A stretch of DNA of 64,000 nt. Origin: Sorangium sp. (lineage in GTDB: Bacteria > Myxococcota_A > Polyangia > Polyangiales > Polyangiaceae). The DNA lies in NCBI GenBank assembly GCA_019695485.1, contig JAEUAF010000335.1:2343-66342 (forward strand), given 5' to 3'. Below are positions 50,380-59,727 of this stretch, piece after piece; positions within the stretch are counted from its first letter, which is position 1; each line of letters starts with the position of its first letter. The notes below the pieces were generated by a model. The model did no database searches. It worked only from the letters and a program-made list of their open reading frames with translations, and was not told where the DNA came from. Both the position numbers and the translations under genes were made by a program.

Positions 50380-51537
50380 ATGAACGCGCTGTCAGTTCTG
50401 GCCGAAGAAGAGCAGCTGTTTTTCGACACCGTCGTCGCCTTCGCGCGGGAGCGTGTTGGCCCTCGCGTGTCCGAAATGGATGAGGCCGCGTTGCTCGCAC
50501 CGGAGCTCGTGCCAGCGCTCTTCGAACTCGGCGTGATGGGCGTGGAGATCCCGAGCGAGTACGGCGGCGCAGAGAGCAGTTTTTTCAACGCCATCTTGGC
50601 GGTGGAGGCCCTCGCGCGGGTAGACCCGAGCGTGGCGGTGGTGGTCGACGTGCAGAACACGTTGGTGAACAACGCGCTCTTGCGTTGGGGCAACGCCGAC
50701 CAAAAGAGTCGCTATTTGCCGAAGCTCGCCAGCTCGTGGGTGGGCTCATACGCGCTCAGTGAAGCCTCCAGCGGCTCGGATGCGTTTGCGCTGAAGACGC
50801 GCGCCGAACGCCGGGGGGATCGCTGGATCCTCGAAGGGCGCAAGCTCTGGATCACGAACGCGCACGAAAGCTCGTTGTTCATCGTGTTCGCCAACGCCGA
50901 CCCCAGCAAAGGCTACAAGGGCATCACTGCGTTTCTGGTCGAACGCAGCTTTCCCGGATTCTCCGTCGGTAAGAAGGAGCAAAAGCTCGGGATTCGCGCG
51001 TCGAGCACGTGCGAACTCATGCTCGACGGCTGCGAGGTTCCTCTGGAAAACGTGCTCGGCGAGGTCGGGCAGGGCTACAAGATCGCGATCCTCGCGCTCA
51101 ATGAGGGGCGAATCGGCATCGGCGCGCAGATGCTAGGCCTTGCGGTTGGCGCGTTCGACTACGCGCTCGGCTACATGCACGAGCGACAGCAATTCGGCAA
51201 AGCCATCGCTGAGTTTCAAGGCATGCAGTTTCAGTACGCCAAGCTCGCCACCGAGATTCAGGCGGCGCGCCTGTTGGTCTACGACGCCGCGCGCTTGAAG
51301 GACCAGGGGCGCGACTTCGTGAAAGAGGCGGCCATGGCCAAACTGTTCGCCTCCGAAATCGCCGAGCGGGCCGCGTCGTCGGCGATCGACTTCATGGGCG
51401 GCGTGGGCTTCACCCGCGATTTTCCGGTAGAGAAGTTCTACCGCGACGCCAAGATCGGCAAAATCTACGAGGGCACCAGCAACATGCAGCTCGCGACAAT
51501 CGCCAAGCTACTTCAGGCGGAGCGCAAAGCGCCCTGA
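50380..51537 (+). CDS. Acyl-CoA dehydrogenase (short/branched-chain type)
   Basis: YALSEASSGSD, WITN, KLGIRASST, FYRDAKIGKIYEGT. Confidence 0.95.
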   Translation: MNALSVLAEEEQLFFDTVVAFARERVGPRVSEMDEAALLAPELVPALFELGVMGVEIPSEYGGAESSFFNAILAVEALARVDPSVAVVVDVQNTLVNNALLRWGNADQKSRYLPKLASSWVGSYALSEASSGSDAFALKTRAERRGDRWILEGRKLWITNAHESSLFIVFANADPSKGYKGITAFLVERSFPGFSVGKKEQKLGIRASSTCELMLDGCEVPLENVLGEVGQGYKIAILALNEGRIGIGAQMLGLAVGAFDYALGYMHERQQFGKAIAEFQGMQFQYAKLATEIQAARLLVYDAARLKDQGRDFVKEAAMAKLFASEIAERAASSAIDFMGGVGFTRDFPVEKFYRDAKIGKIYEGTSNMQLATIAKLLQAERKAP

Positions 51538-51974
51538 GGGGTTGCGCCGCGAAGCGCGAGCGCACCTTCCACCACTTCCACCAACCGCTGGGGACTCATT
51601 GGCTTCTCGAGCCCGAAGTGAGCCAGGCGTCTCACAATTTCCTCACCCACTGACTCCAAGTGGGACGAGTGAACAACGCACAGTGTGGTCGGGTATTCGC
51701 TGCGAACTTGCACGACGAGTTCCAAACCTGAAAGACCGGGCATCTCCAAGTCCGTGATCATCACTTCGAAGGGTTGTTCGCGAAGTCGCTCGAGGGCTTG
51801 CTCGCCGCTGTCGGCCACGGTGACTTCCCAGGCCGGCCGAAGCGCTAAGAGCGCCCGGGCCATGCTGCGGGTCACCATCGTGTCGTCATCGACGAGCAAG
51901 ACGCGCGGCCAGCCTGGGGCAGCCCGAGGGCCGGATGGTGGGACGTGGGAGGTCACGTCGTTATTGAAGTGCAA
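51513..51974 (-). CDS. Single-domain response regulator
   Basis: VLLVDDD, ITDLEMPGLSG, VHSS, LEKP; start uncertain. Confidence 0.88.
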   Translation of the reverse strand: MHFNNDVTSHVPPSGPRAAPGWPRVLLVDDDTMVTRSMARALLALRPAWEVTVADSGEQALERLREQPFEVMITDLEMPGLSGLELVVQVRSEYPTTLCVVHSSHLESVGEEIVRRLAHFGLEKPMSPQRLVEVVEGALALRGATPQGALRSA

Positions 51975-52142
51975 CTCTCGGGCCCCGCCTTCTTTCGGCT
52001 ACTTGGGGTGAGGAGCCGCCGCACCTTTCGGCAGCGCTACGCCACGAGGGGTGGTCTGTGTCCGGCGGGTCCGCGCAGCATTCGGCGGGTTGCTGCACTC
52101 GTGCTTGCGTCCGGCTCGGAAGTCGCTATCGTCGCGGCTGCC

Positions 52143-52283
52143 ATGGAACCCGGCCTCGTTACCCTTGCAAAGATCGTCGGTACATTGCTGTCGGCGATGG
52201 GAATCATCCCGATCTTGTTCCTGCTTTCGGGTGGCGACATGACGGAGCCCGAGGACCGCCTCGACTCCGAGCACAAGGGTTGA
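52143..52283 (+). CDS. Small single-TM protein (46 aa)
   Basis: MEPGLVTLAKIVGTLLSAMGIIPILFLLSGGDMTEPEDRLDSEHKG; GC3-rich codons. Confidence 0.55.
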   Translation: MEPGLVTLAKIVGTLLSAMGIIPILFLLSGGDMTEPEDRLDSEHKG

Positions 52284-52424
52284 GCGCCCGCCCCCGCGTG
52301 CGCGATAGGGCTCGCGCGCGAGTGACCGAGAGGGCGTGAAACCGACGCAGCGTTGCTGCGTAGAGCGGGGAGTTCACGCCGAGTGCCGGCCGTTCTTGGC
52401 TTGGCCGAGTCGTGGAGGGAGATC

Positions 52425-53222
52425 ATGTTGCGACAATTGAAGATGCAGCAGCTGCTCGGCCTGTTCGTGGGGGTCGCGCTCGTCGCCTGCCAAGACAAGA
52501 AGCCTGAGCATTTGGCGCCCGCGGCGTCAGCGCTCACGCAAACGGCTCCCGCGGCAGCGCAGTCAGTCGTATTCGTGGTGGACTCGGCGTCGAGCAAGAC
52601 CGCGTTCTTGATGGAGGCGCCGATCGAGAAGATCTCCGGCGATGCGCCGGCCGCCTTGGAAGGAGAACTCTTCGTGCCGCTCGACGACCTCTCGAAGGCG
52701 ACGGGTCTCGTGAAGGTCGACCTCCAGAAGCTCACGCTCTATCAACAGAAGCGCGAAGACGACAAGAGCGAGTTTGGCGAACGGAAGAAGAACGACCTTC
52801 AAAACCAGCACGCCCGAACTTGGCTCGAAATTTCGGACGATGCCCCAGAGGCCGTGCGCGAAGCGAACCGTCGCGCTGAATTCCGTATCACGCGCGTCGA
52901 AGCAGCGTCGGTCACTAACGTGCAGGCGCTCTCGGGTGCCGATCGCAAACTGACGGCCGATGTCGTGGGCGACTTTCGGCTACATGGGAGGAAGGCCGAG
53001 AAGCGCGTGAAGGTGGAGCTTTCGTTTCATTACACGGGCGACAAGGCCGATTCGGTCAACGTGCGCACGCTCGCGCCGCTGCAGATCGGGCTCGAAGAGT
53101 TCGACGTTCGGCCGCGAGAAGCATTCGGGAAGCTCGCGCAGCGAACGCTCTCTGCACTTGGTTCGAAGGTTGCTCAGGTCGCTCCGATTCAATTGGAGTT
53201 TTCCGCGCGCGTGAAGCCCTGA
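52425..53222 (+). CDS. YceI-like lipoprotein
   Basis: GGAGG RBS, LVA-C lipobox, MEAPIEKISG, GDFRLHG. Confidence 0.7.
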   Translation: MLRQLKMQQLLGLFVGVALVACQDKKPEHLAPAASALTQTAPAAAQSVVFVVDSASSKTAFLMEAPIEKISGDAPAALEGELFVPLDDLSKATGLVKVDLQKLTLYQQKREDDKSEFGERKKNDLQNQHARTWLEISDDAPEAVREANRRAEFRITRVEAASVTNVQALSGADRKLTADVVGDFRLHGRKAEKRVKVELSFHYTGDKADSVNVRTLAPLQIGLEEFDVRPREAFGKLAQRTLSALGSKVAQVAPIQLEFSARVKP

Positions 53223-53253
53223 GTGGCGGGCATGCGACCCACTCGCCGAGCGC

Positions 53254-56200
53254 TCAGCGCCGAACGCTCTCGCGCGTGACGCGCACGCGCAGCGCCACGC
53301 CCGCGCGTTCCAGATCGAGCACCAGATCGCTGCCTTCGCGGCCCGCTAGGCGCGCCCGCGCGTCCGCCATCGAGCTTGGCTTTTCGCCGTCGAGCGCCCG
53401 GATCACGTCGCCAGGCAAGAGTCCGCTGCGTTCGGCTTCGCTGCCTGCCGCGACCGCCACGACGCGCACCTCCAGCGTGTCAGCGGAGCCGCGCTCGGCG
53501 AGCGTCACGGCCAGGCTCGCGGGGGCGAGAGCGTCGTCATTGCCAACGCGTTCGGTGAGTCGGATCGTCACGCGGCTCGTGCTGCGCCCGCTTTCGACGC
53601 TGATGCCATCCACGCTGCCGCGGCCGATCCCCGATGCGTGAGCGCTGACCCTCACCGAGCCAGGGTGCACTCCTTTCAAGGTGAATTGCCCGCTTTCGTT
53701 GCTCAGAACGACACCCTCCGGGAGCGCTCCGGCCGGCAGATAAGCGGGCGCGATGCCGATCGTGACCCGAGCACCTTCCACGGGTCGGCCATGGTCGTCG
53801 ACGACTTCGCCCTGGATTTCTCCGGGCTCCGCGAGGTCCACCGCTGGCAGTTCGAAAGGGCGGTCGGCGCGCGTAGTGCGCTCGATGTCAGCGCTCGCAT
53901 GAGCTTCGGCGTAGTCGGGATGGGAGAAGCTCAGCTCGACGTGCGTCGCGGGGACGCTGCCGAAGCGATAGGCGCCGTCGGCGTCGCTCATCGTGCTCGA
54001 GCGCTGCGCGCCGACGCGCAAGGTGACGACGGCACCGGCGACTGCGCGTCGTCCGCGCACCGCTGTCACGCGCCCGGTGACGAGGACGCCCGGATCGAGC
54101 GCCAATTTGATCTCGCCCGGGGCGGCGTCCACGCTCGACTCGAGGCGAGCAAAGCGCGGCGCTTCGACGACGAGCCGAAGCGGCAGTCCGCGCGCGTCGC
54201 TGAGTTCGACGCCGCCCGTGCTGTCGGTAAATAGCGTCGATTTTAGGGGGACGGCGGGGTCCAGCGAGGTCGCGCGCACTTCCGCGAGTTCGACCGGCAC
54301 GGCGCGATCATCCACCACGACGATGCGCACTGGGTCGCGCGGCGCTGGCACCACGAGTTCGACCCGCTTGCGCTCGCCTTCTTCGACGTCCAGGCGCTTT
54401 CGCAAGGCGATGCGCGCGCGGTCGAGCGGGCGCGCCACGCTAACCAACACCTTGTCAGGTACGGCAGCAAACGCGAAGGCACCGTCGCTCGCTGTAATCG
54501 TCGACCGTTCGAAGGTACCGCGCTCGGCGACGACTTCCACTTCCACGCCGCTCACTGGGAAGCCGCGCTCATCGACCACACGGCCCTCCAGGCTACCGCC
54601 GCGCAAGAGCACGATGCGCACCTCGGCCTCACCACCCGCTGCCAGGGTTACGAGCTCGCTTGCGCCCTCCACGAACTCGGGGTGCCGCACCAGGGCGCGT
54701 ACACGGCCCGGCATGATCGGGCGAGCAATGAAGTCTCCAGTCGCGCGCGTGACCCACGGCGTGAGCTCCGCGAGGCTTGGTGAGGGCCCCGCTGCGGGTA
54801 GGGTCGCGCTTTCGCCCAGCGAGCCCGAAAACGGGGGAATGGGGGGCACTGGGCCTGGCATCACCCCGAGTTCGCCCGCTGGAATCAGACTTGGCGGACC
54901 GGACAGAGCCCACTCGAAGTGGCTCGCTCGAAAATTCTGGGTCTGTGGCGTCTGAGCGATGGGCATGCCGTAACGATCTGTGCCCACCACCTCGATACTC
55001 GCGCCGCCGATCGGCGCGCCGCGTGCGTCGACGACTTCACCGCGCAGAGTTCCACCCTTGGCGAGAGGGATTCGGATTGCGCTGGTGACGACCTCGGGCA
55101 CGCTCACCGGCTGTCCAGGCACGAAATCGGCAGCGCTTGCCGCGAGCGTGGCAGGCCCTCGCGAGATCGGTCCGAGCGTGACGGTTCCGTCGGTGCCCGT
55201 GCGGCCGCGCAACGGGAACGAGCCAACGCCGCCTTCGACCAGCACTACATCCGCGTTGGCGACAACGACCGGGCTTGGGCTGTCGCCGTCCGTCACCACG
55301 GCGCTGACCATGCGACCGGGTGTCAGTCGTAGCGTTACGCTTTCGTGGGCGCCTCGCGCTAGCTCGAAGCCAACCAGAGCCTCCGACACGTCCGAGCCGT
55401 GCACGGCGCGCAGATCATAGCTCCCCGCGCTGAGCCCACGAATCCGCGCAAGCCCGCCCGCGTCCGCGCTGGCGAGCCGCGCGGGCCAGAGCGAGGAGCC
55501 GGCAATCAGCACGTTGGCCCCGGCGACACTCGCTCCTCCGCTGTCGACGACGCGCACATCGATTGCGGCGAGCCGCCGCAGCGACACGACAAGGTCGGAA
55601 AGCACGCCGGTGCGCGAAACACTTTCATAGCCCGGCGCCGCAACACGCACGCTCCACGGCGCAGGCGCCAACCAGCTAAACTGCGCCTTTCCATCGGCGT
55701 CGGTAAGCAATCCGTAAGGGAGCGGATCGCTTGCCGTGACAAGCACGGTAGCCGCCGGCAGGGGCGCCGCGAGCTCGTCAGTGACCCGCACCGTCAGCGC
55801 GCTCGCGTCGGGCAAGACGAGCCGCACGGAGCGCTTGGCGTCCAGCACGAGCTGGGTCGACGCCCGCGCATGCCGGGGCGCATCTGCGAGCACCCAGACT
55901 GTTCCGAGTGGCACATCGCTGAAGCAACCGCGCCCGTCGCCGCCTGTGATGAGGCTGCCGGCGCTGGCGAAGCTTCCGTTGGCGGTCTCGCTGTAGGCAA
56001 ACGCCCGCGCCCCTCCCACCGGTCTCCCTTGCGTTTCCACCACCTCGAGACAGAGCTCCCCGCGTGGTGCGCTGCTGGCTGCGAGGTCGGGCCTCCCCGC
56101 TAGGGAATTTCCGAGCAGTTGCCTTGGGGTATCACGCAGACCGACGAGCAATGCGAGCGCCCCGAACAGGGCCGCGACCCAAGTCATGCATTCGAGCGCC

Positions 56201-56283
56201 GTCAAAAGGCGTGACCGCGGCGAAGCCGGCGCTCGCGCGCTCGGGGGGCCGGAGGAGGAGTTTGGCGGTCGCTCAGAACTCAC
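53254..56283 (-). CDS. Membrane-anchored protein with carboxypeptidase-regulatory-like repeats and C-terminal PDZ
   Basis: Repeats G.VVD..G.PV.GA.V / TD.DG.F; AGSEAERSGLLPGDVIRALDG; start uncertain. Confidence 0.85.
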   Translation of the reverse strand: MSSERPPNSSSGPPSARAPASPRSRLLTALECMTWVAALFGALALLVGLRDTPRQLLGNSLAGRPDLAASSAPRGELCLEVVETQGRPVGGARAFAYSETANGSFASAGSLITGGDGRGCFSDVPLGTVWVLADAPRHARASTQLVLDAKRSVRLVLPDASALTVRVTDELAAPLPAATVLVTASDPLPYGLLTDADGKAQFSWLAPAPWSVRVAAPGYESVSRTGVLSDLVVSLRRLAAIDVRVVDSGGASVAGANVLIAGSSLWPARLASADAGGLARIRGLSAGSYDLRAVHGSDVSEALVGFELARGAHESVTLRLTPGRMVSAVVTDGDSPSPVVVANADVVLVEGGVGSFPLRGRTGTDGTVTLGPISRGPATLAASAADFVPGQPVSVPEVVTSAIRIPLAKGGTLRGEVVDARGAPIGGASIEVVGTDRYGMPIAQTPQTQNFRASHFEWALSGPPSLIPAGELGVMPGPVPPIPPFSGSLGESATLPAAGPSPSLAELTPWVTRATGDFIARPIMPGRVRALVRHPEFVEGASELVTLAAGGEAEVRIVLLRGGSLEGRVVDERGFPVSGVEVEVVAERGTFERSTITASDGAFAFAAVPDKVLVSVARPLDRARIALRKRLDVEEGERKRVELVVPAPRDPVRIVVVDDRAVPVELAEVRATSLDPAVPLKSTLFTDSTGGVELSDARGLPLRLVVEAPRFARLESSVDAAPGEIKLALDPGVLVTGRVTAVRGRRAVAGAVVTLRVGAQRSSTMSDADGAYRFGSVPATHVELSFSHPDYAEAHASADIERTTRADRPFELPAVDLAEPGEIQGEVVDDHGRPVEGARVTIGIAPAYLPAGALPEGVVLSNESGQFTLKGVHPGSVRVSAHASGIGRGSVDGISVESGRSTSRVTIRLTERVGNDDALAPASLAVTLAERGSADTLEVRVVAVAAGSEAERSGLLPGDVIRALDGEKPSSMADARARLAGREGSDLVLDLERAGVALRVRVTRESVRR

Positions 56284-56326
56284 GCCCGTCGACCATAGCG
56301 CGCCGCCGCCTGCTATCTTGCGAGAG

Positions 56327-57514
56327 ATGGCACTCTGCCGGGCGATTCGAGCGCGAGCTCTCGCGCTGCTCCTCGGCGGATTTTCGGTCTCTGCGTGTGG
56401 TCGGCCCGAGCACGCGCCGCCGCCTGCGCCGCCGCCCGCCGCGACGTCCGAAATCCCCGATGGGGGCGTGGTGCTGAGCGGCACCCCTGGGGACGGGCCG
56501 CCGACGTGCGGAGGGCAAAAGATCGCCGCCGTGACGCACCCGCCGAACCTGTATCTGGTCGTGGATCGTTCGGGCAGCATGGGCGAGAGCATCGACGAAT
56601 CTGGCGTGCAGAAGTACGCAGCCGCGCGCGCCGCCATCGGCACCTTGCTCGACGCCGTGGGAAGCCGAGTGCGCTACGGCGCCGCTGTCTTCCCGGCCAC
56701 GGATCTCGATCAGAGCTGCAGCGCAGGACGCCAGATCTTCCCTCCAAGCCTAGGGGATGCACCCAGCAACACTCCGCTCTCAGGGCGCGGGCCCATTCTG
56801 AGCGACTTGCTAGCGCGTCTGGCCGGCTTCAAGCCAGGCGGCGCAACGCCAACCGCCGCGACGCTGCACGCGCTGGCCCCGGGGCTCTCAAAGCTCGCCG
56901 ACACCACCTACGTTCTTCTCGTCACCGATGGTGCTCCGAATTGCGACTCGAACGCGCGCTGCACGAGCGCCGCGTGCATTCCTGATATTGAAGGAGCTCC
57001 GGTGGGCGACGGCCGTATTTGCGGGCAGCAGGTGAGCTGCTGCAACGCGAGCCTGTTCGCTGGCGCCGGGGCGAACTGCATCGACGCGGACGCGACGGAG
57101 GCCGAGGTACTCGCACTGGCTCAGGCCGGGGTTCAAACCTTCGTCGTCGGCATGCCCGGCAGTGAAGCGTACACGAGCTTGCTCGACCGCCTGGCGCTGG
57201 CTGGGGGAACGGCGCGGAGCGGCACCCCGCGCTATTTCGCCGTTTCCGATGCAGCCGCGCTCAGCGACGCTTTGCTTCAAATCGGTACCGGTATCCCCAT
57301 TCCGTGCGACGTGACCCTAGCTTCGGTACCGGACAATCCTGACCTCGTTAACCTCTACTTCGATGGCGAGTTGATCCCGCGCGATGCCGCGGACGGCTGG
57401 GACTACAGTTCCGAGTCGGCCCTCTCCCTGGCCGGTACCGCCTGCTCGACCGTGCGGTCGGGGGCGGTTCGCGAGGTCGAGATAGTCTACGGTTGTCAAA
57501 CCATCGTGCGCTGA
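56327..57514 (+). CDS. Cys-rich vWA-domain lipoprotein (CglB-like architecture)
   Basis: VSA-C lipobox, MIDAS DRSGS, GATPT, LLVTDGAPNC. Confidence 0.85.
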   Translation: MALCRAIRARALALLLGGFSVSACGRPEHAPPPAPPPAATSEIPDGGVVLSGTPGDGPPTCGGQKIAAVTHPPNLYLVVDRSGSMGESIDESGVQKYAAARAAIGTLLDAVGSRVRYGAAVFPATDLDQSCSAGRQIFPPSLGDAPSNTPLSGRGPILSDLLARLAGFKPGGATPTAATLHALAPGLSKLADTTYVLLVTDGAPNCDSNARCTSAACIPDIEGAPVGDGRICGQQVSCCNASLFAGAGANCIDADATEAEVLALAQAGVQTFVVGMPGSEAYTSLLDRLALAGGTARSGTPRYFAVSDAAALSDALLQIGTGIPIPCDVTLASVPDNPDLVNLYFDGELIPRDAADGWDYSSESALSLAGTACSTVRSGAVREVEIVYGCQTIVR

Positions 57515-57553
57515 CGCCCGCCCTGTTGTAACGTCTGCCAGCGAGAAGACGCG

Positions 57554-57862
57554 TTGAGCGAACGCCCCCTGCCAACAGCGAGCCCGGCCTCGGACCTCGA
57601 AGCTCTGCGAATCGCGATCGACGCGGTCGATCGCCACATTCTAGACTTACTCGAGGAGCGGGTTCGTCTGGTGCTTGCCGTTGGAGACTTCAAGCGCAAG
57701 CACGGGCTCGCCGTCTATGACCCCGAGCGAGAGCGCTCGTTGCTCGCACGATTGGCCGCCGCGGCGCGCCCGCCGCTCGACGGAGACACGATTCGGCGCG
57801 TATTTGAGCGCTTGATCGACGAGTCACGCCGCATCGAGCAGCACCACGTGCAGCAACGCTAG
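57554..57862 (+). CDS. Chorismate mutase (AroQ type)
   Basis: LEALRIAIDAVDRHILDLLEER, K....VYDPERE. Confidence 0.9.
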   Translation: MSERPLPTASPASDLEALRIAIDAVDRHILDLLEERVRLVLAVGDFKRKHGLAVYDPERERSLLARLAAAARPPLDGDTIRRVFERLIDESRRIEQHHVQQR

Positions 57863-57934
57863 TGATTTGCACCCATCGGCCAGGTGGCCGATGCGGGGGA
57901 TGGTGTTGCTCCGCACATCGACGTGTGACCTGAC

Positions 57935-58426
57935 GTGACGGGCCTCCAAGTCCAGGCGCACAGTTCTGATGACAAGCCGAGGAAAAGTCGTAAGTTACGA
58001 GGACGCTCACGGGCTGGGGAGTCTGAGAGCCAGCTTTCTGTGAACACCATTGCGATGCGGTTGGCGGAGCAAGTCCGTCAGCTCCGAGTCCATGCCGGAA
58101 TGACCCAAGCCGAGCTTGCCGCCCGCGCGGGCGTGACCGTCGAAACAGTGGCGCGCCTCGAGCGTGTGCTGCGCGGTCGATCGTCCGCAAATTCGAACCC
58201 TTCACTCGAGACGCTGGCTCGCCTGAGCTCTGCGTTGGGCGTGGAGGTGTCGGATCTGCTCTCGACGCCCAGTCGGCCACGGCCAAGAGACGATCGACTC
58301 TTCGTGATTTTGCGCGGTGCAACGCCTGCCACGCGACGCCGAGTTCTGCGCGTCGCGGAGGCGCTGGTTCACGAAGACGCGTCGGAGCCGAAGCCCGAAA
58401 GTCGCACGCGAAGGCGTTCGAGCTAG
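57935..58426 (+). CDS. XRE-family HTH transcriptional regulator
   Basis: VRQLRVHAGMTQAELAARAGV...NPSLETLARLSSALGV; start uncertain. Confidence 0.88.
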   Translation: MTGLQVQAHSSDDKPRKSRKLRGRSRAGESESQLSVNTIAMRLAEQVRQLRVHAGMTQAELAARAGVTVETVARLERVLRGRSSANSNPSLETLARLSSALGVEVSDLLSTPSRPRPRDDRLFVILRGATPATRRRVLRVAEALVHEDASEPKPESRTRRRSS

Positions 58427-59727
58427 CGGAAGCTTCGCACCAGGCGCTCGAGCGCCTTCTGCTGATTGGCTCGCAGGTCACCGACCGCCGCTACGGCAAG
58501 GCCGCTCACGGCGAAGACGCGTCGAGCGGCCGCTTGAACATCTTCGGCACGCACGGCTTCGAGCTCGCGGCTGCGCGCTTCCGGGCTTCGCGCTACCGCC
58601 GTGAGCTCGCCGAGGCCGAGGAACGCAGCAAGCTCCGCCGGATCGTCGAGCACGGCGCGCATCTGCCAGGCGAAACGCCGTTTGGCCTTGTCGAGCTCCG
58701 CGGCGCTCGGACCTTGCTGTCCAAGATCGCTGGCCACGCCAAAGAGCGCCGTGAGTAGCTTCTCCGCGGAGCCATGCGCGGCCTCGCCCGCGAGCGAGAA
58801 CATCCCGCTATCACCGAAGGCCTCGTAGGTCGCCGACACGTCATAGGCCAGGCCTCGTTCGTCGCAGACCTCGTGATAGAGCCGGGTCGACATGCCGTCG
58901 TCGAGCGTTCGGAGCAAGAGCTCGGTCGCCGGTTCGAGCGGATCGCGCTCGGACGGCGCGCGGAACGCCACGCGCAGCGCGGTCTGGCTTCCCACGTCGT
59001 TGACGTAGCGAAAGACCGGCCCCGCGAGCTCCGCCGGCGCGATGTCGACGCGAGGCGTGCCGCGCGTGAGCGACGCGAAGGCGCGCTCCACCGCGTCGAA
59101 AGTTTGGTTCACATCGATCGGCCCGACGACGCTCACCACCATCGAGTCGGCGCGATAGTTCTCGCGATGAAACGTGTGAAGCGTCGGAACGTCGAAGCGC
59201 TCGACAGCCTCGATCGTGCCGGTGATGGGCCGCCCGAGGCCGTGCTCCGGGAAGGCGAGCGCGATCAAGAGCTCGTCGGCATCGACTGGCTCGCCCTTCT
59301 CGTTCAAGGACTCGAGGATTTCTTCGCGCACGATGCCGCGCTCGATCTCGATCCCGCTAAATACGGGGGCGGAAACCAGCTCACCTAGCAATGCGATCAC
59401 GGCGCCCAGGTTCTCGATCGGCGAATTCGCGGAGAGCACGGTGTGGTCGACGTAGGTCGCGGCGCCGAGCTCGCTGCCCAGGTCTTCGAAGGCGAGCGCC
59501 AGCGTGTGAGCAGTGGGATACGTGCGTGTCCCGCGATGCAGCATGTGCTCGTGGAAGTGCGAAATTCCTCCGAGCATCACGGGCTCGAAGCGCGACCCAC
59601 TCTGAACATGAACGCTAACCGCCGCGCGGTGCACGTGCGGTAGCGCCACGCACAGCGCGCGTAGCCCGTTGGGCAGCGTGCGACGTGCGATGGCCTCGTC
59701 GGTCAGCGCGTTCGCAGAAATCGTCAT
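58423..59727 (-). CDS. M16 (pitrilysin) family zinc peptidase
   Basis: LPNGLR, GISHFHEHMLHRGT, SRL-type STRLYHEV..RGLAY. Confidence 0.92.
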   Translation of the reverse strand: MTISANALTDEAIARRTLPNGLRALCVALPHVHRAAVSVHVQSGSRFEPVMLGGISHFHEHMLHRGTRTYPTAHTLALAFEDLGSELGAATYVDHTVLSANSPIENLGAVIALLGELVSAPVFSGIEIERGIVREEILESLNEKGEPVDADELLIALAFPEHGLGRPITGTIEAVERFDVPTLHTFHRENYRADSMVVSVVGPIDVNQTFDAVERAFASLTRGTPRVDIAPAELAGPVFRYVNDVGSQTALRVAFRAPSERDPLEPATELLLRTLDDGMSTRLYHEVCDERGLAYDVSATYEAFGDSGMFSLAGEAAHGSAEKLLTALFGVASDLGQQGPSAAELDKAKRRFAWQMRAVLDDPAELAAFLGLGELTAVARSPEARSRELEAVRAEDVQAAARRVFAVSGLAVAAVGDLRANQQKALERLVRSFR

